Both the position numbers and the translations under genes were made by a program. From the NCBI GenBank assembly GCA_947454475.1, contig CANGLD010000002.1:4129-68128 (forward strand): DNA of 64,000 nucleotides, written 5' to 3'. This stretch comes from Oxalobacteraceae bacterium. Lineage in GTDB: Bacteria > Pseudomonadota > Gammaproteobacteria > Burkholderiales > Burkholderiaceae_D. How positions within the stretch are numbered: the first letter of the stretch is position 1; each line of letters opens with the position of its first letter. The notes beneath the pieces were generated by a model. The model ran no database searches. It had not been told where the DNA came from and saw nothing but the letters and a program-made list of their open reading frames with translations. Of this stretch, positions 23,519-32,197 are shown piece by piece.

Positions 23519-24637
23519 ATGCCAATCATTCATAAAGAAAAAATCTCTCAAGAGAAAATGTATGTTGTCGTGGATTTGAGCGATACAGGCCCTAAATTAT
23601 TAAACCAATTACATTTGGCCATACAAGGAAAAAAAGATAAGTGCATACTACGATTTCAGCATTTAGATTCTGGTTATGCAGTTATATATTTAAAAAATTT
23701 AGATAAGGTTGGTAATCTGCATATTTTAAAATATAACCAAGCAATCAGTGACCAGCGAAAAAAAATAAACGAAATTCTGCGGGAGTCTGTTAATAATTGT
23801 GAGAAGGGTCAAGATTTTTTTTCAAACATTGAATTCAATAATGCACTAAAAAACATTAATGAATTAGTCAATCGCAAAAATCACGACATAAAAGTTGGTG
23901 AATTAAAGCCAGCACTAAAAATGATTTCTGGTTTGGTAAGCAGTCCATTAAGAAGGAATAAATTAGCTGAAATTAAGAAGAAAAATAAAATTCGCCCATC
24001 AATATCACCACATTCACAAAAAATAGTGTGTCTGCACTTAAAAAGATTTTTGCATATGGATGAGGTAGAAAGAAAAAATCTACTTATATTCCTCAATGAA
24101 ATAGCTAGAGATATTGAAATACAAGATGAGAATATCGAAGCGTCAGAAATAAAAGCAATGCAGAAATTTATTACTCGAGTTGTATATTTCGAATCTTTTG
24201 ATAGAGTCAAATTACTTTATCAATTCAGCAGATCAAAATGGGTAAATGAGATAGAAAAATTTTGCCATTTCTGGTTAGTTGCACGAAGACCTGATGCTAA
24301 ATTGACGCAAAAAATGAAATCCAAATTATTTGGCTGGCGCAAAGAAATAGACTTTATTGCAAAAACTATAGTTAATAGAAATAAAAAAATCGAGTCAAAA
24401 AAAATAAATCGAGCTCAAGTTAATTCAAATAATTTACTAGCCTTGCCAGTTTCGCCATTAGGTAGAGAAATATTCAAGACCAGTGGCGTAAATCATGCGA
24501 GTAAATCGCAATTTGAAAAATTAGATAAGCAGACTGAAGCAAATAAAATTTCTAAAGTTTTAAATTTTTCAATAACTGAAGATGAGAAAAGCTCCATCGT
24601 TGAATCTTCAGAGCAAAGTCAAGCAGGTAGTATTTAA
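23519..24637 (+). CDS. Hypothetical basic protein, putative effector; paralog of 25149
   Basis: AT-rich, Lys-rich, adjacent to a chaperone-like gene; C-terminal EDEKSSIVESS. Confidence 0.6.
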   Translation: MPIIHKEKISQEKMYVVVDLSDTGPKLLNQLHLAIQGKKDKCILRFQHLDSGYAVIYLKNLDKVGNLHILKYNQAISDQRKKINEILRESVNNCEKGQDFFSNIEFNNALKNINELVNRKNHDIKVGELKPALKMISGLVSSPLRRNKLAEIKKKNKIRPSISPHSQKIVCLHLKRFLHMDEVERKNLLIFLNEIARDIEIQDENIEASEIKAMQKFITRVVYFESFDRVKLLYQFSRSKWVNEIEKFCHFWLVARRPDAKLTQKMKSKLFGWRKEIDFIAKTIVNRNKKIESKKINRAQVNSNNLLALPVSPLGREIFKTSGVNHASKSQFEKLDKQTEANKISKVLNFSITEDEKSSIVESSEQSQAGSI

Positions 24638-24663
24638 TACGTAAAGACTATTCTCTAATTTTA

Positions 24664-25125
24664 ATGCAAATGTCTTTAGACCAATTCCGCTCACTGCTGC
24701 AAGCTGCGGGTGAGGAAATCTCACAAATTAATATGATAGTTGAGGTGGCTGCAGATAGTTGGTATCTAGAGCTTGATGATGCTTTAACAATGCAGATCTT
24801 CTTTGATGCAGAAACTAATCATGCTGAATTCTATGCAGAGCTTGTTAAACCCATGAAGGAATACGAGTTGGGTGTGCTGCAAACCTTATTGTGCTTGCAG
24901 TATTTGCAAGGAAACTCACCCCGACCACGATTTGCAATGGATAAGCCAGATGGAAATTTATTATGCCTACTTGATGTGCAAGAAGTAGATTTGGAGATTA
25001 AAAATTTTTTTACGATCTTAGAATATTTTTGCACATACGTTATTCATCTCTGTGAATTTATTCGATCCTATCCTCAGCAAAATTTTTCACCAATTTCAGC
25101 AACCTATTTAGCACTACAAGTTTAA
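24664..25125 (+). CDS. Putative class I (CesT/SycE-like) type III secretion chaperone
   Basis: About 150 aa, acidic, helix-3 strands-helix-2 strands-amphipathic helix pattern (TLLCLQY...FAMDKPDGNLLC...FFTILEYF). Confidence 0.65.
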   Translation: MQMSLDQFRSLLQAAGEEISQINMIVEVAADSWYLELDDALTMQIFFDAETNHAEFYAELVKPMKEYELGVLQTLLCLQYLQGNSPRPRFAMDKPDGNLLCLLDVQEVDLEIKNFFTILEYFCTYVIHLCEFIRSYPQQNFSPISATYLALQV

Positions 25126-25148
25126 TTTATTTATTTTAAGGAAGTGAT

Positions 25149-26855
25149 ATGCCAAAATTATTTAAAGATCCGACTCGCCATTTTATACCGTCAGATCATC
25201 ACAATAAACCTCACATTACATTGGTAAATGGATTGCCGATTAAAAATACAGCTAATTATATTTATAATGGAATTAAAGAACTTAATGATGAAAATATAGT
25301 GCGTTCGGCTGGGCAAAAAGGATATCAAATTATTTATTTTACTGACCCAAAAAAAACAATTGGAAGTTCATTTTTAAAAAATAAAAACGATATCAAGGAA
25401 GGGCGTGCAAAACTTAAATTTTTTATAGCTGGACTTGCGCTTCATTTTGAAAAAGAATTCAGTTCTAAAAATAATGAAAAAATAAAATTGGCTATAAATA
25501 ATTTGCGAGATTTAGCGCATGATTTTAAATATGATATTAAAGTTGGTGATTTAAAGTCTCCCTTAGAGGCAATACTTAAAGAAAGTACTACGCCTAAAAA
25601 AATGAAAAGAGAAAAAATAGTTTCTCCGTATAGATTTCATAACCTAAAGGTTCGAGGGGTAAATCGCCAAGCTTTATACCGATTTAACAAAATGGACGAT
25701 CTTGAGTTGGAGAATTTGGTTAATTTAATTTATCCAAATACTGATGTTAATTCTAGAAATCAAGACGAAATAATTAGTCATAATGAATCAGCAAAAGCCT
25801 CAATTCGAAATATGCAAAGATTTATTAATATTTATATTGAATTGCGCACAACCACGACTTCTGGTGTGGTGCAAATTGCTGAGGGCATAAAAAATTTAAA
25901 TGATATAGAAAAATTTTGTCAAGCATGGACTAAAGTAAGAAAAGATTTGCAAAGAAACGCTACCGCTAGAAGTTTAATGGTGCTGCATAGTTGGGCCTCT
26001 GAAATGGATAAAATAGTGGCAGTATTAAATAAGCGATTATTCCAAACACAATCAGCAAATACCCCTTATGCAAAGATTTTTAAGCCTGAGATAACTGGCA
26101 CCAATAAAAATATTTTTACATCTCCCTTTTCGCCGGCAGCGTCAATTTTAGAGACGCCTAACCAATTACTGTCATCTAATTTATCTCCAGGTTATTTGAT
26201 GGAGGATTCTGCTGATAAAAGATTATTAGATTTAATTACTAAACTAACACCAAATTTCAGCGGCAATATAAAAAGGACGATTCAATTTAATGACTCTCCT
26301 AGCAATTTTTTGGATGAGGATGTGCAAAGTCCTCAGTCATATTATGAGACGCCAGAAATATCAGGAGATATAAAATCAAATACATTTCTTTCTTCCTCTT
26401 TAGAGAAAATTTTTAAAAATGATGCTGCGTCTTCTTCAGATGATTTTTTATCGTTCATGTCACCAATTAATTCGCCCTCAATTTTGCCGCAAAAAAATCA
26501 ACCAGCTATGGTGCCTAGGCAAGCGTCAAATCCGAATGAAAATATTGTAAATTCATTCGCGAAACTTTCTTTGAATACAGATTTCTCTACTGAGTCCGAG
26601 GAAGGTTTTACTAGAATTTATGATGGCGGCTTAAATCCTCAACAAGTTGATTTTTTAACTAATACTATTTATGGCGATACTGAGTACACTCCTGAAAAAT
26701 CATTTACAGATAGTCGACTTGCACTAAAAGTACCAACCCAGTCTGTTTTGCAGAAAGCCACAGTGAATTCGACTGTGGAACCAATGCAAGCAAAAAGTAT
26801 GTTGAGAAATGCCTTAAATACCTCCTCAACGAATTCAACCAATAACGCTACCTAA
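25149..26855 (+). CDS. Hypothetical protein, putative effector with a long S/T-P-rich disordered tail
   Basis: N-terminal half homologous to 23519 (DIKVGxLK, IEKFCxxW); downstream of the chaperone. Confidence 0.6.
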   Translation: MPKLFKDPTRHFIPSDHHNKPHITLVNGLPIKNTANYIYNGIKELNDENIVRSAGQKGYQIIYFTDPKKTIGSSFLKNKNDIKEGRAKLKFFIAGLALHFEKEFSSKNNEKIKLAINNLRDLAHDFKYDIKVGDLKSPLEAILKESTTPKKMKREKIVSPYRFHNLKVRGVNRQALYRFNKMDDLELENLVNLIYPNTDVNSRNQDEIISHNESAKASIRNMQRFINIYIELRTTTTSGVVQIAEGIKNLNDIEKFCQAWTKVRKDLQRNATARSLMVLHSWASEMDKIVAVLNKRLFQTQSANTPYAKIFKPEITGTNKNIFTSPFSPAASILETPNQLLSSNLSPGYLMEDSADKRLLDLITKLTPNFSGNIKRTIQFNDSPSNFLDEDVQSPQSYYETPEISGDIKSNTFLSSSLEKIFKNDAASSSDDFLSFMSPINSPSILPQKNQPAMVPRQASNPNENIVNSFAKLSLNTDFSTESEEGFTRIYDGGLNPQQVDFLTNTIYGDTEYTPEKSFTDSRLALKVPTQSVLQKATVNSTVEPMQAKSMLRNALNTSSTNSTNNAT

Positions 26856-26901
26856 GTAGCTTTACTGCATGGGCGATCACAGTCCGGCTTATAATCATGG
26901 G

Positions 26902-29190
26902 ATGCAAAATCTATTAGCCGGACTGAACGAAGAACAACTCGCTGCTGTCACTCTCCCTGCGCAATCCGCACTCATACTTGCTGGTGCAGGATCCGGTAAA
27001 ACCCGGGTCCTGACTACCCGCATCGCTTGGCTGATCCAAACGGGTCAGGTTTCGCCTTCTGGCATTCTCGCGGTGACCTTTACGAATAAAGCTTCGAAAG
27101 AGATGCTGACGCGTTTGTCTGCCATGTTGCCAATTAATGCGCGTGGTATGTGGATAGGGACTTTCCATGGATTGTGTAACCGCTTGTTGCGAGCGCATTA
27201 CCGCGATGCTGCTTTACCTCAGACCTTTCAGATTTTGGATGCGCAAGATCAGATGTCAGCCATTAAGCGTTTGCTCAAGCGTTTAAATGTCGATGATGAA
27301 AAATACCCAGCGCGCAATCTGATGTACTTCATTAACAGCGCGAAAGATCAAGGCTTGCGTGCACAGGATGTAGAGGCTAATGATGAGTACAACCGTAAAT
27401 TCGTTGAGCTCTATCAGGCTTATGATGACCAATGTCAGCGCGAAGGTGTAGTGGATTTTGCGGAACTTTTATTGCGTAGTTATGAACTGCTCTCGCGTAA
27501 TCAGCCATTACGAGAACATTATCAAGGCCGCTTTAAACATATTCTGGTGGATGAGTTCCAAGATACGAACGACTTACAGTACAAGTGGTTGAAGCTGATT
27601 TCAGGACTGACTAGCGCTGTATTTGCGGTGGGTGATGATGATCAAAGTATTTATGCATTTCGTGGCGCAAATGTGGGCAATATGGCTGCATTTGAACGTG
27701 AATTTAAAGTTGAAAATCTCATAAAGCTAGAGCAGAACTATCGTTCACACGGACATATTCTCGATGCAGCAAATATTTTAATTAGCAATAACACCAAGCG
27801 CTTAGGTAAAAATTTACGCACGGACGCAGGTCATGGTGAGCAAGTTAGAATTTTTGAAGCGAGTAGTGATTTACAAGAATCGCAATGGCTGATTGAAGAG
27901 GCGAAGAATCTCATCGCTGAAGGCTGGATGCGAAGTGAGATCGCTGTGCTATATCGATCGAATGCACAATCGCGAGTGATTGAGCATGCTTTGTTTTCTG
28001 CTAGCTTGCCTTACAAGGTGTATGGTGGTCAGCGTTTTTTTGAACGCGCTGAAATTAAACACGCCATTGCGTATTTGCAGTTGATTGATAACTTAAATAA
28101 TGATTCTGCATTTTTGCGGGTGGTGAATTTTCCTACTCGTGGTGTCGGCGCACGTAGCATAGAACAGCTGCAAGATGCAGCAAGGCAGTACAACATCTCT
28201 CTCTATCAGGCAGTGCCTTATGTATCAGGCAAAGCAGGTTCTTCATTGGGTGCATTCATACAACTCATAGAAGGCATACGTTTTGAGACGCAAAATCTTC
28301 CTTTGCCAGAAATGGTGGAGATCTTGCTCGAGAAGAGTCAATTACTACAGCATTATCAGTCAGATAAAGATGGTGCGGATCGTATAGAAAATCTGCAGCA
28401 ATTAATTAGTGCGGCAAGTTTATTTATATCCGAAGAAGGTTTTGGTATCGATGCACCGGCTTTATTGGGCCCACAAGCAACAGCAACCACAGCGCCTGAG
28501 TTAGTCATAGGCGATGGCATTCAAATTATTGATGCTGATGCACCTCTGTCTGCGTTAATGTCTCCCTTGTCTGCATTTTTATCGCATGCTTCTTTAGAGG
28601 CAGGTGAAAATCAAGCGCAAGCAGGGCAAGATGCGATTCAATTAATGACTGTGCATTCTGCGAAAGGCTTGGAATTTGATGCAGTGTTTATCACTGGTCT
28701 AGAAGAAGGGCTGTTCCCGCATGAGAATAGCGAAAAAGAAGAGGAAGGCGTAGAAGAAGAGCGTCGACTCATGTATGTAGCAATTACGCGAGCTCGTAAA
28801 CGTTTGTATATGAGTTTTGCGCAAACTCGTATGTTGCATGGTCAAACACGCTACAACATGCGTTCCCGCTTCTTTGAAGAATTGCCAGATGAATCACTCA
28901 AATGGTTATCGCCTAGAGTGCAACCACATTGGGCAGGTCATACTGCGAAAGCGGCATGGTTGGAAACGCCTGAAAGTGGTAACAATAAAATTGCGCAAGG
29001 ATTTAAGAAAAATAAAGCTGCAGATACAGGATGGCGTATTGGTGAGAACGTTCAACACCAGAAATTTGGTGAAGGTGTGATTGTGAATATTGAAGGTAGT
29101 GGATCGCAGGCGCGCGCTAATATTAATTTTGGGCGCCATGGCATGAAGTTATTAGATCTGGGAATTGCGAAGCTAGAAAAAATAAATTAA
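26902..29190 (+). CDS. uvrD: DNA helicase II (UvrD/PcrA)
   Basis: AGAGSGKT, VDEFQD, LEQNYRS, EERRLMYVAITRA. Confidence 0.96.
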   Translation: MQNLLAGLNEEQLAAVTLPAQSALILAGAGSGKTRVLTTRIAWLIQTGQVSPSGILAVTFTNKASKEMLTRLSAMLPINARGMWIGTFHGLCNRLLRAHYRDAALPQTFQILDAQDQMSAIKRLLKRLNVDDEKYPARNLMYFINSAKDQGLRAQDVEANDEYNRKFVELYQAYDDQCQREGVVDFAELLLRSYELLSRNQPLREHYQGRFKHILVDEFQDTNDLQYKWLKLISGLTSAVFAVGDDDQSIYAFRGANVGNMAAFEREFKVENLIKLEQNYRSHGHILDAANILISNNTKRLGKNLRTDAGHGEQVRIFEASSDLQESQWLIEEAKNLIAEGWMRSEIAVLYRSNAQSRVIEHALFSASLPYKVYGGQRFFERAEIKHAIAYLQLIDNLNNDSAFLRVVNFPTRGVGARSIEQLQDAARQYNISLYQAVPYVSGKAGSSLGAFIQLIEGIRFETQNLPLPEMVEILLEKSQLLQHYQSDKDGADRIENLQQLISAASLFISEEGFGIDAPALLGPQATATTAPELVIGDGIQIIDADAPLSALMSPLSAFLSHASLEAGENQAQAGQDAIQLMTVHSAKGLEFDAVFITGLEEGLFPHENSEKEEEGVEEERRLMYVAITRARKRLYMSFAQTRMLHGQTRYNMRSRFFEELPDESLKWLSPRVQPHWAGHTAKAAWLETPESGNNKIAQGFKKNKAADTGWRIGENVQHQKFGEGVIVNIEGSGSQARANINFGRHGMKLLDLGIAKLEKIN

Positions 29191-29217
29191 TGACTCCATC
29201 AGCAAGGCGTCATTAAT

Positions 29218-30000
29218 TTACGATGCTTCAAGGTTTTTTTCTGCGCCGGGTCGACCAAACACTTGTACATAAGTAGGATAGAAAGAGCAGTACATCACTA
29301 TCGTCATGACGATGGAAAAAGGCATTAACACCATCATCATGATTTCAGATCGTCCAATCGCCAGCATTAAAATCGCGCTGATGAATGCGGGTATCGCAAT
29401 GCCTAATACTATCCATCCTAAGCCATAAGCCAGAAAAGCTTTGCCACAATTGCGAACTGCAAAAAAACTATAAAAAATCGATTTAAACAAACTCATACGC
29501 TGCCAAGTAGCGAGTGGTGCTGCATGCCACAAGGCCATACAAAAAGGAATGTAGACCAGCGCTGCAAATATCATCGCGAATGGCAGGGCATCAGCAACAA
29601 TTTTTTCTTTCTCTGGATTGAGTTGACCTGATAATAATTTCCAGAACACGCCGCCATCAACTACGGAAGAAACTGCAACTGAAAACACTGCAGCTAACAT
29701 ATAAATCACACCTAACTGCAATAAGATAGGCAAGGCAGGTGAACGAAAACCTGTCCACAATAGATTCGGCAATACTTTTTTACCTTGTTCTATGTGCACA
29801 CAAGCCTGCATAAAAGCCATAGAAAAAACAGGTACTAATAATAAAGGGAGTGCTTGTCCTATCAGGGGGATGAGTGATAGCGCAAACATAAGCAACATAT
29901 ACAACAGAAAAAGCATGCTGAGTTCGGCGGGTTGTTTGCGAAACAAAGCAAATCCTTGTCGAATCCACTCTATCCCAACTTGGGCGGGCATGTTTTGCAT
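29218..30000 (-). CDS. BPSS1780-like integral membrane protein
   Basis: Multiple TM segments; WIRQGFALFRKQP start; downstream of thrB. Confidence 0.75.
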   Translation of the reverse strand: MQNMPAQVGIEWIRQGFALFRKQPAELSMLFLLYMLLMFALSLIPLIGQALPLLLVPVFSMAFMQACVHIEQGKKVLPNLLWTGFRSPALPILLQLGVIYMLAAVFSVAVSSVVDGGVFWKLLSGQLNPEKEKIVADALPFAMIFAALVYIPFCMALWHAAPLATWQRMSLFKSIFYSFFAVRNCGKAFLAYGLGWIVLGIAIPAFISAILMLAIGRSEIMMMVLMPFSIVMTIVMYCSFYPTYVQVFGRPGAEKNLEAS

Positions 30001-30001
30001 C

Positions 30002-30958
30002 TTAAGGGAGACCTGCTACAGAGTGCTGTATGCGATGACGCAATATGCGTTCAAAATGCGTAGGGTCGTGTGGCGTTAACATTTCTGCTGCACGTGGCAT
30101 ATAAAAATCATATAGACGTGATAACCAGAAACGCAATGCTGCCGCACGTAATAAAACTGGCCATGCTGTATGTTCTGCTTCTGTGAATGGTCGCACTGCA
30201 TGATAAGCGTTAAGCAATGCTTGCACGCGTGAGTGATCAGTAGCACCTGTATCGAGATGAATGCACCAGTCATTTAATGTCACGGCCACATCAAACAACC
30301 ATGTATCACAACCAGCAAAATAAAAATCAAAAAATCCGCCGAGCTTATCGCCATTAAACATGACGTTGTTGCGAAATAAATCTGCATGAATAGGGCCATG
30401 CGGTAGTGCGCGATACACATCCGATGCAGCAAAGGCTTGCTGAAATTGTAGTTCAGCAGAGAGTAGCTCTTGCGCTGCTACGGGAATGAAAGGTAAAACT
30501 TGTGGAGTTGTTTCATTCCACCATGCTAGACCACGTAGGTTAGGTTGAAATAGTGTGTAGTCTTGTGCTGCTAAATGCATGCGCGCCAACATATCGCCGA
30601 CTTCAGCGCAGTGTTGTGCTTGTGGATCTGGCTGCCAGTCGCCTTCTAAGCGTGTCACTATAGAAGCAGGTTTGTTATGCAAGGTATTAATGATCTCACC
30701 GCTATGATTCGCAATAGGCGCAGGGACTAATACACCGCGCTCTGCTAAATGACGCATTAAATGTAAATAAAACGGTAACTGTTCAAAACTGAGTTTTTCA
30801 AAGAGTGTGAGTACGAATTCACCCTTCTCTGCACTAAGAAAAAAATTACTATTCTCTATACCCGATGCGATACCTTTGAGTGCATGCACTTTCCCAATGG
30901 GGAACTGCTCTGCCCAGACATGCAGTTCTTCTAAGCTGACGGGTGTGAAAACTGCCAT
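30002..30958 (-). CDS. thrB: Homoserine kinase (type II)
   Basis: [28 protein letters not shown]. Confidence 0.95.
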   Translation of the reverse strand: MAVFTPVSLEELHVWAEQFPIGKVHALKGIASGIENSNFFLSAEKGEFVLTLFEKLSFEQLPFYLHLMRHLAERGVLVPAPIANHSGEIINTLHNKPASIVTRLEGDWQPDPQAQHCAEVGDMLARMHLAAQDYTLFQPNLRGLAWWNETTPQVLPFIPVAAQELLSAELQFQQAFAASDVYRALPHGPIHADLFRNNVMFNGDKLGGFFDFYFAGCDTWLFDVAVTLNDWCIHLDTGATDHSRVQALLNAYHAVRPFTEAEHTAWPVLLRAAALRFWLSRLYDFYMPRAAEMLTPHDPTHFERILRHRIQHSVAGLP

Positions 30959-31018
30959 AAGTAGTGGGCTTAAAACATCTGCGTGCAGATTGCAACGCAG
31001 AGGGTTACATAAAGAAAA

Positions 31019-31387
31019 TTAGCGTGAAGGTGGAGGTGGTGCGCCGTTATCGATGACAGGGTTTTTTGATTTTGAGCGAAACTCAAAAATTTCCCACTGT
31101 GCTGCTCGTCCACCTGATTGCGAAGAAGAGAATTGCTCACTCGGCGTCACGTAATAGGTGTTACTGCCTTTTTTTACACGCACAGAGGTGACGGCGTTTT
31201 GTTCACGGATTTGCGTAATTTCTTGTGCAGTAGGGGCTGTCTTTGGTTTTTCAGCAGTGATGTCTATATCAGGCACAGCTTCTAGATTACTAGGCGGTGC
31301 AGCCAGAGCCGAAATACTGATGGCGGTGAGCAGCAATGCAGACCACAGCATAAGCTTACGGTGTAGAGAAAATTCAGGCTGTTTCAT
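31019..31387 (-). CDS. Small exported hypothetical protein (DUF2782-like)
   Basis: Signal peptide, TYYV..AQW pattern, Pro-rich end; lies between LOG and thrB. Confidence 0.6.
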   Translation of the reverse strand: MKQPEFSLHRKLMLWSALLLTAISISALAAPPSNLEAVPDIDITAEKPKTAPTAQEITQIREQNAVTSVRVKKGSNTYYVTPSEQFSSSQSGGRAAQWEIFEFRSKSKNPVIDNGAPPPPSR

Positions 31388-31459
31388 GGTGCGACCCCGC
31401 AGTAAAGGCAAGCCCGTTTGCTCGCCGTGCCTCATTTTATCAAAACAGCTCTCTGCTAT

Positions 31460-32197
31460 TCATAATAGTGAATGAGAATGTGATCCAGACTCTGAGAGGT
31501 CGATATCGCGTGCTTCATAAAATGCAAAAATTGCATCTATTACGTTCACGGGTTCATCAATTAACTGAACGAGTTGCATGTCTTCTTGATTAATCATGCC
31601 TCGCTTCACCATATTTTCTTGTATCCATTCCAGCAGTCCTTGCCAGAAGTGGGTACCCACCAGAATGACAGGAATACGTTTGGATTTACCTGTTTGTATC
31701 AAGGTTAATACTTCGGTGAGTTCATCCAAGGTACCAAAGCCGCCGGGCATGACAACATAGGCATCCGCATATTTCACAAAGGCGACTTTACGTGCAAAAA
31801 AATGTCTAAAAGACAGGGAAATATTTTGCCAAGCATTACTCGTTTGTTCACGAGGAAGTTCAATATTCAAACCTACCGAAGGAGATTTACCGTCAAATGC
31901 GCCTTTATTTGCGGCTTCCATAATGCCTGGGCCGCCACCTGAGATCACAGCAAATCCCGCATCCGAGAGGCGACGTGCAATATCCACTGTTTTTACATAA
32001 TCAGGATGATCCACACTGGTACGTGCTGATCCAAACAATGAAACTGCTGGCTTAACCTCTGAGAGACGTTCAGCTGCGTCGATAAACTCTGCCATAATCG
32101 TGAACATCTGCCACGATTCACTCGCTTTGCGCGAGGTGGCACGGTCAACATTTTTCAATTGCCGCAAAGGCGGCACACTTTTTCTATCGCTTTCCAT
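31460..32197 (-). CDS. LOG family Rossmann protein (TIGR00730)
   Basis: FGSAR, GGGPGIMEA, PGGFGTLDE. Confidence 0.92.
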   Translation of the reverse strand: MESDRKSVPPLRQLKNVDRATSRKASESWQMFTIMAEFIDAAERLSEVKPAVSLFGSARTSVDHPDYVKTVDIARRLSDAGFAVISGGGPGIMEAANKGAFDGKSPSVGLNIELPREQTSNAWQNISLSFRHFFARKVAFVKYADAYVVMPGGFGTLDELTEVLTLIQTGKSKRIPVILVGTHFWQGLLEWIQENMVKRGMINQEDMQLVQLIDEPVNVIDAIFAFYEARDIDLSESGSHSHSLL

